Shown: piece after piece, positions 52,795-64,000 of the stretch
How positions within the stretch are numbered: position 1 is the first letter of the stretch
Layout of the letters: each line of letters opens with the position of its first letter
Assembly (NCBI GenBank): GCA_002633005.1
Contig: NMRA01000050.1
Coordinates: 867,820 to 931,819 of the forward strand
Direction of reading: 5' to 3'
DNA: 64,000 bases
DNA from: Phoronis australis
Taxonomy: Eukaryota; Animalia; Phoronida
Made by a program: the position numbers and the translations under genes
The notes under the pieces: generated by a model
What the model saw: only the letters and a program-made list of their open reading frames with translations
The model's database searches: none
Told to the model about the DNA's origin: nothing

Positions 52795-53204
52795 TAATAG
52801 GGCTGTGATGTTTAGTTGTTTGTAAGACTTTTCTTCTTGTAGTGATCATCATGTACTCACTTGCACATACAAGAAGTCTATATTCTGCAAAAAAATTGAC
52901 CGAACACACCTTGTTTGCGCCAGTTGGTACCTGGCGTAGGCCTATACAGCTGATGTTATTTTGGACGCGTTAGGCGAGACATGCAGAATTGACAGGCAAA
53001 GTTTTACTAAGTTTCTTGAAATGATGGCCACTTTCTTATAGTGGGCGACTAGCAGGAGCTCCGTCTATGGGCTAGACATGTAATAACAGCCAAAGGTCAT
53101 GTGACCAAATAGGTTTAGATGATGAATCTTGTTGTCGAATATTGTTGTCTTAATGAAAAGTGGTGAAGAGTACTGCAAGCTGCCATTACAATTGCGTAAT
53201 TAAC

Positions 53205-53245
53205 TAAAACATTACCTATACTGATAAAGGTCTTCAAACAGGGAA

Positions 53246-53290
<45 letters not shown>

Positions 53291-53530
53291 GCTGAGCAAG
53301 GGTGTCTTCCTCTATTCCTCAAACTGCTCAAAGGATCATTATGAAAATTAGTAGATGTGTTCCTGCTGGGACCAAAACTGACAATGTTTTTGACTGGGTT
53401 CAAGTTGTATGTCGCCCTGTTGTAGCATTTTGCATGTACACCTGTATCTCCTGAACGTCTTGTGGTATCTTTGTGAAATTTTACAAGTGAATGTCTTATG
53501 AATGCTACACAACTTTTCAAGTCCTTAAAT
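53205..53530. mobile_element. Helentron/DINE-like (HINE) non-autonomous repeat with a (GGCT)n microsatellite
   Basis: (GGCT)n at ~53247-53293 next to a short terminal block and followed by an ..ATGAAAATT../..GAAATTTT.. core typical of such repeats. Confidence 0.45.
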
Positions 53531-54316
53531 CACTCCTGGAAATATTTCAACTTGCGACCATTTTTTTTACCTGAGGATTCCTTATGGACTTGAGTTGTAT
53601 TATTACGTCATGAAGGTTTCCGTTGTTCGTTTACTATTTTACATTCACTTGCTTGGGAACCCTGCTGTGTGTTAACGAATTTTTCCTGAAAGTTGATTTT
53701 TGTTTGGTGTGGCATAGTTTCATGGGATGGCTCAGTGTTAATTTTGTTCGTAGTCCAATACTTGCAGAATGACATGCTTGACTTTCTATAACTACATATT
53801 ATAAAGAAAAATACTGAACATTTCATTCAATTTTATTCTGCGATTAATGTTATTTGCGTATCGGCCTTTCCATTTTGTGAAGTTAGTTTGAAAAGAACTG
53901 GCAAATGAAAAACTAAAACAGAATTTTGGAGACGGATATTGTTGGGAAGTGGGTTGTATCTAGATTGTAATCCATCTCCTCTACTTTAGAACAGAGAATT
54001 TAGGCACCTACAATTATGGCTGTGGGTCAGATATTACAATGAGGTTCTGAGATTTGGTGGGCCCACTGGGCCGTTGTGCGTTGGGAGAAATTGAACATGC
54101 TGACCACAAAGCATTTAAGTGGTTTTTAATGTCACTTTTTAGGTGAATGGAGTTTTGAATTTTTTTTTGTTTCTGAGTTCCACAACCGGTTGGTCCTCTG
54201 TGTCGTGTTGAATTTCAATTGATTTGATGCTCTTGTAGTTGTTCTCTTACATGCCACCTGTAATTTGCTAGTGGTCATTGTGAACAGTGAAACATTTGTG
54301 AGACGTTGTGCTTCAG

Positions 54317-54441
54317 GTTTAATCTTTGTGGTAGACAGCAATGACAGAGAGCGCATGGGTGAAGCAAAAGAAGAGTTGATGCGCATGTTGGCCGAGGACG
54401 AACTAAGAAATGCTGCTTTGCTGGTGTTTGCCAATAAACAG
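54317..54441 (+). CDS. ARF1: ARF third coding exon (125 nt); final exon not found in the window
   Basis: (G)[46 protein letters not shown] acceptor and GTGAGT donor. Confidence 0.95.
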
Positions 54442-54629
54442 GTGAGTGTGCTTTACACTGACCAGTGAAACTTACTCGACCAGTCTTGCCTTGGTTATCA
54501 ACATCGTGTGGTTAGACATTCTAAGCTGATGCCATATTTTGGGTCAGACACATGTAGTCTCTTGCTGCCTATCACATTTAATTTTTCATCAAAAAATTAA
54601 GCAGTCCATTGGCAGGGTCTGGCACATGC

Positions 54630-55010
54630 CAGGGCTGTCTACTGTTGCACATTTATCCATATTCTACCTACTTTTAGTATTTAGAAACCACTTCGTATGG
54701 GTTTTCAAGTGCAGGGCTGCCAACTGTTACACATTTATGCATATTCTACCTACTTTTGGGATTTGAAATCTCTACGTATGGGTTTTCAAGTGCAGAGCTG
54801 CCAACTGTTAAGGATTTATCCGTATTCTACCTACTTTAAGGATTTAAAAACCACTTTGTGTGGGTTTTCAAGTGCAGGGTCGCCAACTGTTACGAATTTA
54901 TTTGTATTCTACCAACTCTTAGGATTTAAAAATCACTGCATATGGGTTTTCAAGTGTAGGGCTGCCAACTCATACAGATTTAAACGTATTCTATGTACTT
55001 TAGGGCCTAA
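54630..55010. repeat. Intronic minisatellite, ~82-bp unit, ~4.5 copies
   Basis: GGGTTTTCAAGTGCAGGGCTGCCAACT recurs at ~54699, 54781, 54862 and 54944. Confidence 0.88.
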
Positions 55011-55704
55011 AAAGTAACTATGTACCATTTTCAAATGGTACGAGTCTTTAGCAAACTCACAAAGGTGTGAGGCGACTCCGAGCATTCGTTCTAAACGTTC
55101 GTATGCATGTAGATGCATTACTCCCTCAGGATCAAAACTGTATTTTGTCTTTATTTTCCCTTGCACCGTTCTATCATATGTACCACTCGTTGATTCAATA
55201 TTTTGGCGACTCAGTGATGCAATTTGAGTGACAACCCTGTAACCTTTGACCTCATATAAGTAGTAAACAAATTTCCACATGGTTGTGCGGTTCCAAGATG
55301 GTTCTGTTCCATCTTTTTTCTCACTACATGGTATGTATTTCATATTTAAAGTTCATTGAGAATGAAGAGGAGGTATTTTTATGAGAAATGAAAAATAGCT
55401 AATTTTTATGACTAAGGTTTGAGATATCCTATAATCCTCAGTGTTTCAAAACGCCTAGCTAGTCTTTGAGTGGCAGATGGACAAAGATCAAGGCAGGAAG
55501 TACTGGAAAATGATGGAAATAGTCGAGAATGCAAGATCGGACCAATAATATAATATGTATCCTCAGTACCAGTGTAGAATGCAATCAGCATATGAAATTG
55601 CCCTTTTATGATTGGTCAATTGCAGTTTGTGAAGGACTAGTCATTGAAAAATGCACTTACTTGGTTTTGCATACTGGGATATCGTAGGCTTTGGAAATTA
55701 ATAA

Positions 55705-56607
55705 AGGCAAAGGCAACCTTTTTTCATGTCTTTTAGCAAAAATAAGGTTCGTTGGTTATCCCAGACATATTTTCCCTTTAATTACAGCTTTTCGTAATTT
55801 GATTAATTATTCGTTCTCTACTCCGGAAGTGACGTTTTGGGAGGCAAGAATTTCCTGCCTATTTCTTTTGTTATAGTCTTGACTGTGAGAGCTGCCCAGT
55901 CACTCATTGTTCTATCTCGTGGTTTTGATAAGTTCGGCCATCATGTGCTTTTGTTTACAAGTCAGTCAACATGCCACACTGTTGCTGCGAACCGGGATGT
56001 ACTCATTATCGTCCCATGAACAGAGGGACAACTGTCCCACTTGCCCAAGTCACCGCGACACACTCCCACTGATAGTGATTTGAGCACACAAACTGCTTAC
56101 ACCCTGCTGTGTGACACCCTCGCCACACACCTGGCACCTTCTAAATAGCTCCAATACTTTAGACATGTCCAGAATAAACTTATCAAAGTTTGGCTTGCAC
56201 CGATCTGTTCATTGAACGACGAACTGGGTGTCAAACGGGCCTCTATTCACTCCCACTACTCAATATTGCAGCAGGGCTGCTCACAGGCTTTGGGTCATAA
56301 TGAGTACATCCCAGTAGCCAGCAACAGTGTGGCATGTTGACTGACTTGTAAACAAAAGCAAACGACGACTGAACTTATTTTTTGACAATCGAGGTAGATC
56401 TATGACTGACTCGTCAACGCTCATATAGTCAGACTACGGGAAAAGAAATTGGTGCGAAATCCTTGCCTCCTAAAACGTCACTTCCGGAGTAGAAAACGAA
56501 TAATTAATCAAATTGCAAAAAGCTGTAATTAAGTGGAAAATATGTCTGGGATAATTAACGAACCTTATTTTTGCTAAAAATGACAGGAAAATAGCTTGCC
56601 TTTGCCT
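55705..56607. mobile_element. Foldback/MITE with ~300-bp TIRs, (A/T)TAA-flanked (Kolobok-like)
   Basis: 55705-56010 is the inverse of 56300-56607. Ends AGGCAAAGGCAA / TTGCCTTTGCCT. ATAA on the left and TTAA on the right. Confidence 0.85.
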
Positions 56608-57334
56608 TTAAGATGTTTACAGTTAAATTTTGAAAACAGTAATGGAGCTGACCTATGGAATTGTCCACGTTTAATCACACTGTCTTCAACACTAAGAACC
56701 CTGATGGCTACAACATTGTTATGGATCAGGAATTACTAGGAATCAGGATTTGTGGGGCCGTGGTAGTGTGGGAAGAAGTAACCATGTTGACGGCAAAAAC
56801 CTAAAGACATCGATTTGGCGAGATGAGCTATTACGGAATGTTGCTTTTTTAGTTCAACACAATTTGTTTTGGTGTGTAAAGATCCATCTTGCAATTGAAA
56901 TTTAAACTTTTTGAAAATGTTTTCACCTGCAAAATACAAAGGTTACATGTTATGTTCTGAATGGGTTGGCAGCCCCGCGAATGTTACAGATTTTAAGCAT
57001 TTATTTCTCTTCAAAAATCAGATGAGAGTTACAAAGGACTTTTAATTTGTCCGTGTTTCGAAGTGCCATATCGACGAAGATCGAGGCAGAAAGTACGGGA
57101 AAGTGACGGAAATATTTGAGAATGAATATGGAGACTTATCCTGAGTACCAATTTGAATACAAAATTTCCCTTTTATGATTTGTGAATTGCAGTTACTTTA
57201 TGGAGGATTGAACATTGAAAAATGCGCTTACTTGATTTTGCATTGAGGGATATCATATGCTTTGGAAATCGTGTTAAGATATCAAAAGCAAAATTCCGGA
57301 GATGAGTGGATAACATTTAGAAAGCAGGTTAGGA

Positions 57335-57632
57335 ATTTGGTATCACATTTCATACTGCTGACTTCACAGATTTGGTATCACATTTCATACCTCTGACTTC
57401 ACAGATTTGGTATCACATTTCATCCCGCTGACTTCACAGGTTTTGTATCACATTTCATACCGCTGACTTCACAGATTTGGTATCACATTTCATACTGCTG
57501 ACTTCACAGATTTAGTATCACAACAGATTTGGTATCACATTTCATCCCGCTGACTTCACAGGTTTTGTATCACATTTCATGCCGCTGACTTCACAGATTT
57601 GGTATCACATTTCATACCGCTGACTTCACAGA
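57335..57632. repeat. Minisatellite, 35-bp unit, ~8.5 copies
   Basis: Head-to-tail ATTTGGTATCACATTTCATACyGCTGACTTCACAG with no spacers. Confidence 0.93.
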
Positions 57633-57785
57633 TTCCTGACGTCTACAACACTGACATGGATCAGGATTAACTTAGATATCTGGAATTGTGGTACTGTTAT
57701 TGTGTGGGAATAAATCAACCATGCTGACAGCAAAAGTCTATTAAAAACATTGATGAGATGAGTTGAGCTTTCATGTAATATTGCT

Positions 57786-57954
57786 TTTTATGCGCCCACA
57801 TATTTATATGTGGACGCATTATGCCGTCATCTCTGTCCGTCCGGCGTCTGGCGTCCGGCGTCCGCTGCTCTATCTCCAAAACCCTTTGACATACGTTCAT
57901 GAAATTTGTCGCATATGTTCCATTCATGAATGGGACGGCATGTGCGAACTTTCG
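57786..57954 (+). mobile_element. Helentron/DINE-like (HINE) repeat 5' end, running into the gap
   Basis: TTTTATGCGCCCACATAT..ATATGTGGACGCAT terminal hairpin followed by (GTCC/GGCGTCC)n. Confidence 0.55.
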
Positions 57955-60900
57955 NNNNNNNNNNNNNNNNNNNNNNNNNNNNNNNNNNNNNNNNNNNNNN
58001 NNNNNNNNNNNNNNNNNNNNNNNNNNNNNNNNNNNNNNNNNNNNNNNNNNNNNNNNNNNNNNNNNNNNNNNNNNNNNNNNNNNNNNNNNNNNNNNNNNNN
58101 NNNNNNNNNNNNNNNNNNNNNNNNNNNNNNNNNNNNNNNNNNNNNNNNNNNNNNNNNNNNNNNNNNNNNNNNNNNNNNNNNNNNNNNNNNNNNNNNNNNN
58201 NNNNNNNNNNNNNNNNNNNNNNNNNNNNNNNNNNNNNNNNNNNNNNNNNNNNNNNNNNNNNNNNNNNNNNNNNNNNNNNNNNNNNNNNNNNNNNNNNNNN
58301 NNNNNNNNNNNNNNNNNNNNNNNNNNNNNNNNNNNNNNNNNNNNNNNNNNNNNNNNNNNNNNNNNNNNNNNNNNNNNNNNNNNNNNNNNNNNNNNNNNNN
58401 NNNNNNNNNNNNNNNNNNNNNNNNNNNNNNNNNNNNNNNNNNNNNNNNNNNNNNNNNNNNNNNNNNNNNNNNNNNNNNNNNNNNNNNNNNNNNNNNNNNN
58501 NNNNNNNNNNNNNNNNNNNNNNNNNNNNNNNNNNNNNNNNNNNNNNNNNNNNNNNNNNNNNNNNNNNNNNNNNNNNNNNNNNNNNNNNNNNNNNNNNNNN
58601 NNNNNNNNNNNNNNNNNNNNNNNNNNNNNNNNNNNNNNNNNNNNNNNNNNNNNNNNNNNNNNNNNNNNNNNNNNNNNNNNNNNNNNNNAGTAGAAATTTG
58701 TTTCTGGCATTCTAATGCTGTGCTAATCTCGTATGTTGGTAAATTTGTTTTTAATTCTATGTTTCTGTGGTGCTTTAAGCAACTGGTGTATAGGATGTGC
58801 TTGTATTATGAAGATTACTCACATTTTGCCCCTAGCCTATTGAGGAGACAATGACCATGCCTTTCCATTTTGCAAAGTATGCCCTCTACTGGCCACTTCA
58901 TGGTGCCAATAAACAACCCTAGAAGGATACCGTATGCGGTGCAGTTGTGGGCGCATTTCAACGCTCTGCGTTGCTCTTGTTTAGTTAAGGACCAGTTGAA
59001 AATGCTGTGTTTCGATCCATCTTGCGATTGAAATTTAAACTTCCTGAAACAAGTTTCCACTTCCAAAATACAGATTTTTAACATGAAGGTTACATATGTC
59101 TATGGGTTGGCTGCCCTGCCATGCATTGATAATGACGTGGTTCAGATTTACATAGCTTTTCATTGGTTTTCCGTATAATAAAGGAAATGAATGAATTTTG
59201 CAATACATAAGTAAAAGTTAACTGAATAATGAATATGGTGCACAAAAAGCAATGAGAGACAACACGGTTTCCTCTCCATAAAGGCTAGGAACCCATTGTG
59301 ACTCGCCGTTTTAACTACTTAAGTGAACTCTGCTTGCACCAGGCTGTCATCGTGAATTCAGTCTTGTTCATTTTTGTTATTGCACAGTAAAACTTGCACT
59401 AACGAGTTGTGCCTCAGTCAAATTCCACTGAAATCAGACGTTTTGTTCTTCTAGTTTGTACACGGCCAATCAGATAAGTCAGATTTTGCATTTCTCTTAT
59501 GAAAATTCTCTGTACTTTTACAAGGATTTTGATCAGAAAAATAATAGCACACGGCACTTAGCTTAACGCCATGTCACATTTGGTGACTTGGCAAAAATCC
59601 CGTGGTGTAGAAATCGTGCTGTGCCCCATTCTCAAGATGTTACGCCTACTTCTCCAGTTCCTCCCTGTAAGCTTACATTCGTTCTCAGTTCCTCCTGCCA
59701 GCAAACGAACATAAATGCAAATGATGGCATACACTGGTGGCGTATATTTCACTGATATTGTCCAATTTTGGCAGAGCAACTCGCATCCGTTTGTTTGCTT
59801 CCATTTTGTTATTGCATGTGTTTGATGTGTGCTAACAGCTGTAGTGGCAAAAGGTAATTAATCTAGGAAAATTGTATTTTATGTTGGAAAGTCAACACGA
59901 ACTTTGAAACAAATTTAGGCGAAATTGTGCGGTTGATTTTTCTCAGATAGCCAAACACAATCGGAGGTCGCATTGGCAGGTCGCCAACCTGAACTTATCC
60001 AAGCTTCGCAGGAAATAGAGTAGAAACTAAGCCCAATTACAGCACACGTCACGAATTTTTGTCAGACCGGTCGGAAATTGGTCGTCTAGCCGACCAGCAG
60101 CCAACCAACAACGGTCGGCTAGTAGCCGACTGCTGAGTCGCCTCTGTGGTCGGCACTTGGGTCAGCTAAGTGGTCGCCTAGCGTAGACGACCAATTCGGT
60201 TAAAGCGTGTCCTTGGTCGGCAATTACCATTTTATGACTTAGCGGGTGAACTGACATTGCAAACATTTAACTGTTCGCTGTTCGTTTACCAGTGGCAACT
60301 CTGGTCTTGACATGGGTTTATCAACTTTTGTTCAACTATTGAAAGGAGGTAAAATCGAATCAACCTACAAATACGAAGTGGGTGACATTACACCAGCCTA
60401 AAACCTTATGGTGAATTAATGACCGTGTGGTAAAATCAAACGCATAATTTCTAACTTTAGATACGAGACTTTTTATACAGTACATTATGCATAAAAACAA
60501 GCACGAAAATTACAGTAAAATTGCATAAAAATCAGAATACAACACTGGATATTTTACGAACTCAAATGTTTTCGTGCCGCAGAATGCTCAAGCAGCACGC
60601 ATTTGTGCTCATCTGTTATTGCTCTTGATCATTACTTCATCACGCTGTATATTGCGCTTTACCACAGATAATTATTGTTTATTTCTGTATAATTTCTTAA
60701 TATGTTGGTACAGCTATAGAACCCAAGTTTATTTTAGGAACAACATAAACAATGCATTGAACATAGCGCCAATATTAAATCATGGGCGCATGAAAACAGA
60801 AGACTGTGATCGGTTTATAGTGTCATCCATCGTCATTCCGAAATTGTTGTCACTTTGGCAGTAAAAAATCTTTTCGAAGCTAGAGCCTTCCTATCTAGCC

Positions 60901-62654
60901 AGCTAGCTGTGAAAACTATTTTCAGAATACAGCAAGGTGCCACTGTGTATTGAGCTCAAACAGACCTCGAAACTGCACATACAGCCGGATAGTTAGGCTT
61001 GTCACCTTGTCGAAAAGCTTGTATCAACATGAGCTCAAGACCAGCAGGTGTGCATGCAAACTCTGGAAGTCAATTGGCATTCAAGTTGCCCATTACGGCC
61101 GTTTAAGCGAAAACCACCCGACGTCATCCCTTCTTGCGTAATTGTCTGCCTTTTGTAACGAAAAAACGTAAGTCGTCGTTTTGAAAAGAGTTCATTTGTG
61201 ACATGCGCCACTTTCAAAATGTTTTCGACATCTCCCATTAGATGGTGACAACATCTCAGCAAAATTTGTTCTAAAATTCGCTTCACTGATATCGAAATTC
61301 CAAAAACATATAATGAAGTGAAACCAATTCTGATCATTTGTCGTGACGTTTACGCAACATCGAGGGAGAACGTTTGATTGAAGAATCTGGGAAAACGAAG
61401 GTTGCTAATAGGTGACGCAATATTTCATTGCGTCGAAAGTCGACGCAAAAGATCACACCATAATTTTAGCTGCAGAATAATTGTAGAAAACCAATTTTTG
61501 CAACGCTGGTAAATAATTTAGATTACTCTGGGAAGATCTTATACGGTCAGTTTTTACCCTCAACGGCTCAAATTTGTTTATTTATTTTAGTAAACAGCAT
61601 CGCACCAAGGCTAGAGCCTTCCGAGCCCTTTTGCTTTAGAACACAATACTTGGCGTTTCGCGTATACTCCAAGGGGTAAAACTTTGAAAATAATAACCTG
61701 GTACATGTAATCCTAAATAAATAGTCTGTAGAGCGTAAAAATTATTAACCCAGTGATTCAAAAAGAACACTCTCGCAAACGAAAACGCACACAATTTTCA
61801 GCTCTATTACACTGGTTAAAAAACAGCTGCTATAAGTTCATTGCGTCGGATTCTAGTGATAACCATGGCAAGTCTAAACTCTTAAGGGGGCGCAATTTCA
61901 AACCTTTGGCATGAATCAGTGATATAAAAATGGAATTAGACCGACTTTAATTCATCAGCAATGTAGACACAACAGTTACAGACACTGACTGCATTTGTTA
62001 ACGTCTTGTGGCAATGATAAAAATAATTGTTTCTACTATGATTGATAACAAGTTTTACTCTGATGAGGTATGATGCAATATGCATGTCTAATATGCAGAT
62101 CGGCAGTTGCAAAAATATTTACTTGGTTTAATGAATCCGTTTGATATGAACCACTGCAAAAGTATGATTACTAATTGTACATTCGAAGTACGCCTCATTA
62201 GAATAAAAACATACACATGCTTGATGATCCTGGGAGTACCTCTATTAGAGGCATGAATGAAGATATATAGTTGTCAAGCCATAAAGGATAATAAGGCTTA
62301 CATAATATCACACTGAGCCATCTACACCAGGCACATACAAAGGATACAGTATTTCAAAACAATCCATAACTACTCATTTTTCATAGTCATAACTACTCAT
62401 TTTTCATAGTATTACTAAATCACGAAGGCCTAGATTTATATAAGAAGTTACATAGTACGAAGCTACATAACCTGCTCTCCCACATTTATGGGAGGCCTAA
62501 TTTGCAACATTTAACAACATATTTAACTCTCCAGGACCAAAACCAAACATAAATATCTCAAAACCAGAAATTTTACTTAAGAAGGAATTAAAACAATACA
62601 TTGAGATTGTTTTCACACAGATGACCAAAACATAAATGAAAGCGCTCCGAGGAG

Positions 62655-62935
62655 CGAACCTTGGCGAAATTAACCAAAAAGATGACGATAAAGATGATGA
62701 CGAATATGACGAAGATGGTGGCGAGGATGAACAAAAGAAGTTAATAACATTCACCTGACGAACGTAGGAGTCCGAAATCAGTAAGAAAAAGGCTAGTCTT
62801 GAGCGACACTTGGCGAAATTAAGGAAAAGACGGAGATGATGACGAAGATGATGACGATGATGACGAATATGATGATGTTGGTGGCGATGATGAACAACAT
62901 CACAACATTCATATGACGAATTTAGATGTCATAAA
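62655..62935. repeat. Two diverged ~150-bp tandem units rich in (GAT/GAC)n
   Basis: CTTGGCGAAATTAA..GATGATGACGAATATGA..GGTGGCGA..ACATTCA..TGACGAA occurs twice. Confidence 0.75.
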
Positions 62936-62989
62936 TCATTAAGAAATAGGCTGCAGTCTAGTTCAATTGAAGCTAAACCAACCTGTATG

Positions 62990-63858
62990 CAGCAAGAGCG
63001 CTCAACAAAGGAACAGCGTTATCAGAAAATCTCAAATAACTCAAAAAGTAGACGTCGTAGAGAAAAATGAAAAGCATCTTCTGAAAGCCCCTTCAAAGTT
63101 CTATCTAAAGTGATGGTATCGCCTAATTCCGTAAATTTTTCGAAAAAAATGAAATTTTGCGATTTTTTTAAGAAATTCAAACTCAAATAACTCGAAAACG
63201 GTAAGTCTGAGAAAAAAATTGTTACAGTTCATATGAAAGAGTATTCGTTAGAGAATCCACATGCCAAAATTCACGTCATTTTCTTCTCTCGTTTAAATGG
63301 CACCTAAGTACGGCTGAAAATAGGTCAACATGAGCCAGAACCGCCATCTTGAAAGCAACTTCCGATTTTTCGGCTTTGTTTAATAGCATGTCATAAGAAA
63401 CTAATACTTGTAAAAATTCGAAGGAATTGGTCCCATAATGCGCCCTCTACGGGAGAAAACGTTTTTAGCCCAAAATCGAGGTGCGCATGCGCGATCGCCG
63501 ATATTTCCGCTATCTTTAACCGGAAGTAAACAATTTCCGGCATATATGTAATGCACATCCGGGCCATTCATTGTGCTCATTTTCAGCTTTGTACGTAAAA
63601 AATTGTAGCCTCCAGAAGCCTTTGAATCTTAAAATGAAAACAAAATGGCCGCCACAGCCGCCATCTTGGATCCGATTTCGACGAAAAACAATAGGCTTCC
63701 AGTACTTCCGGAAGTACGTGTTATGTGTAAATTTCATGATGATCGGACGAAAATTGCGACCTGTATCGTGCGCACAAACAAAAAAAAAAAAAAACAAAAA
63801 AAAAAAAATTTAGTGGAAGAGCAACATACTTGGCGAAATTTATTTCGCCAAGTAATAA
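62990..63858 (-). mobile_element. Helentron/DINE-like non-autonomous repeat (left boundary approximate)
   Basis: Terminal hairpin TACTTGGCGAAAT-T-ATTTCGCCAAGTA-ATAA (63827-63858), A-rich tract, and repeated CCGCCATCTT and AAATTTCA core motifs. Confidence 0.55.
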
Positions 63859-64000
63859 AGACCAAAATTCACCACGTCAAGACTGAAAATTTTTCACATC
63901 AGCACCTATAATTTATCAAGTGAGGACCAATTCTTCACTACAGGATCAAAATAAAATACGACAGAACTGAAAATTTAATAAGTCAGGCTCAAAAACTTAC

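Noticed and set aside
57335-57632. 35-bp repeats resembling a CRISPR array
   Set aside because: Units are head-to-tail with no unique spacers, there are no cas genes, and the context is a eukaryotic intron: a minisatellite.
62655-62935. Acidic Asp/Glu-rich coding exon
   Set aside because: Stop codons flank the short (GAT/GAC)n tracts and there are no convincing splice sites: a low-complexity tandem repeat.

Overview
AT-rich invertebrate (metazoan) nuclear DNA with three assembly gaps (9889-10546, 39324-39506, 57955-58688). It is not prokaryotic, and most short ORFs in the track are spurious. The only clear host gene is a spliced class I ADP-ribosylation factor (ARF1-like, + strand, coding exons 51002-51146, 52320-52430, 54317-54441). 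Its last exon is not visible, and its second coding exon appears twice across a single N, probably as two haplotypes. Upstream, the window is dominated by transposons. The main structure is a ~25 kb nest (19505-44801) in which a ~2.3 kb CACAATC-terminated host element has been interrupted by three insertions: a TTAA-flanked Kolobok-like element with a decayed P2X7-ballast-like (KolX-type) ORF, a full-length but defective Gypsy LTR retrotransposon (22820-27405, 5-bp TSD CTTAC, tRNA-Leu PBS), and a 16 kb TTAA-flanked Kolobok-like element. That 16 kb element itself contains two near-identical inverted Academ-like copies, a THAP/KolX mini-Kolobok and MITEs. Also present: a 5'-truncated L2/Crack-like LINE, a third Gypsy LTR at the window start, further TTAA-flanked elements, EnSpm-, hAT- and Helentron-like non-autonomous repeats, and minisatellites. 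All family assignments come from motifs read by eye; no searches were run.
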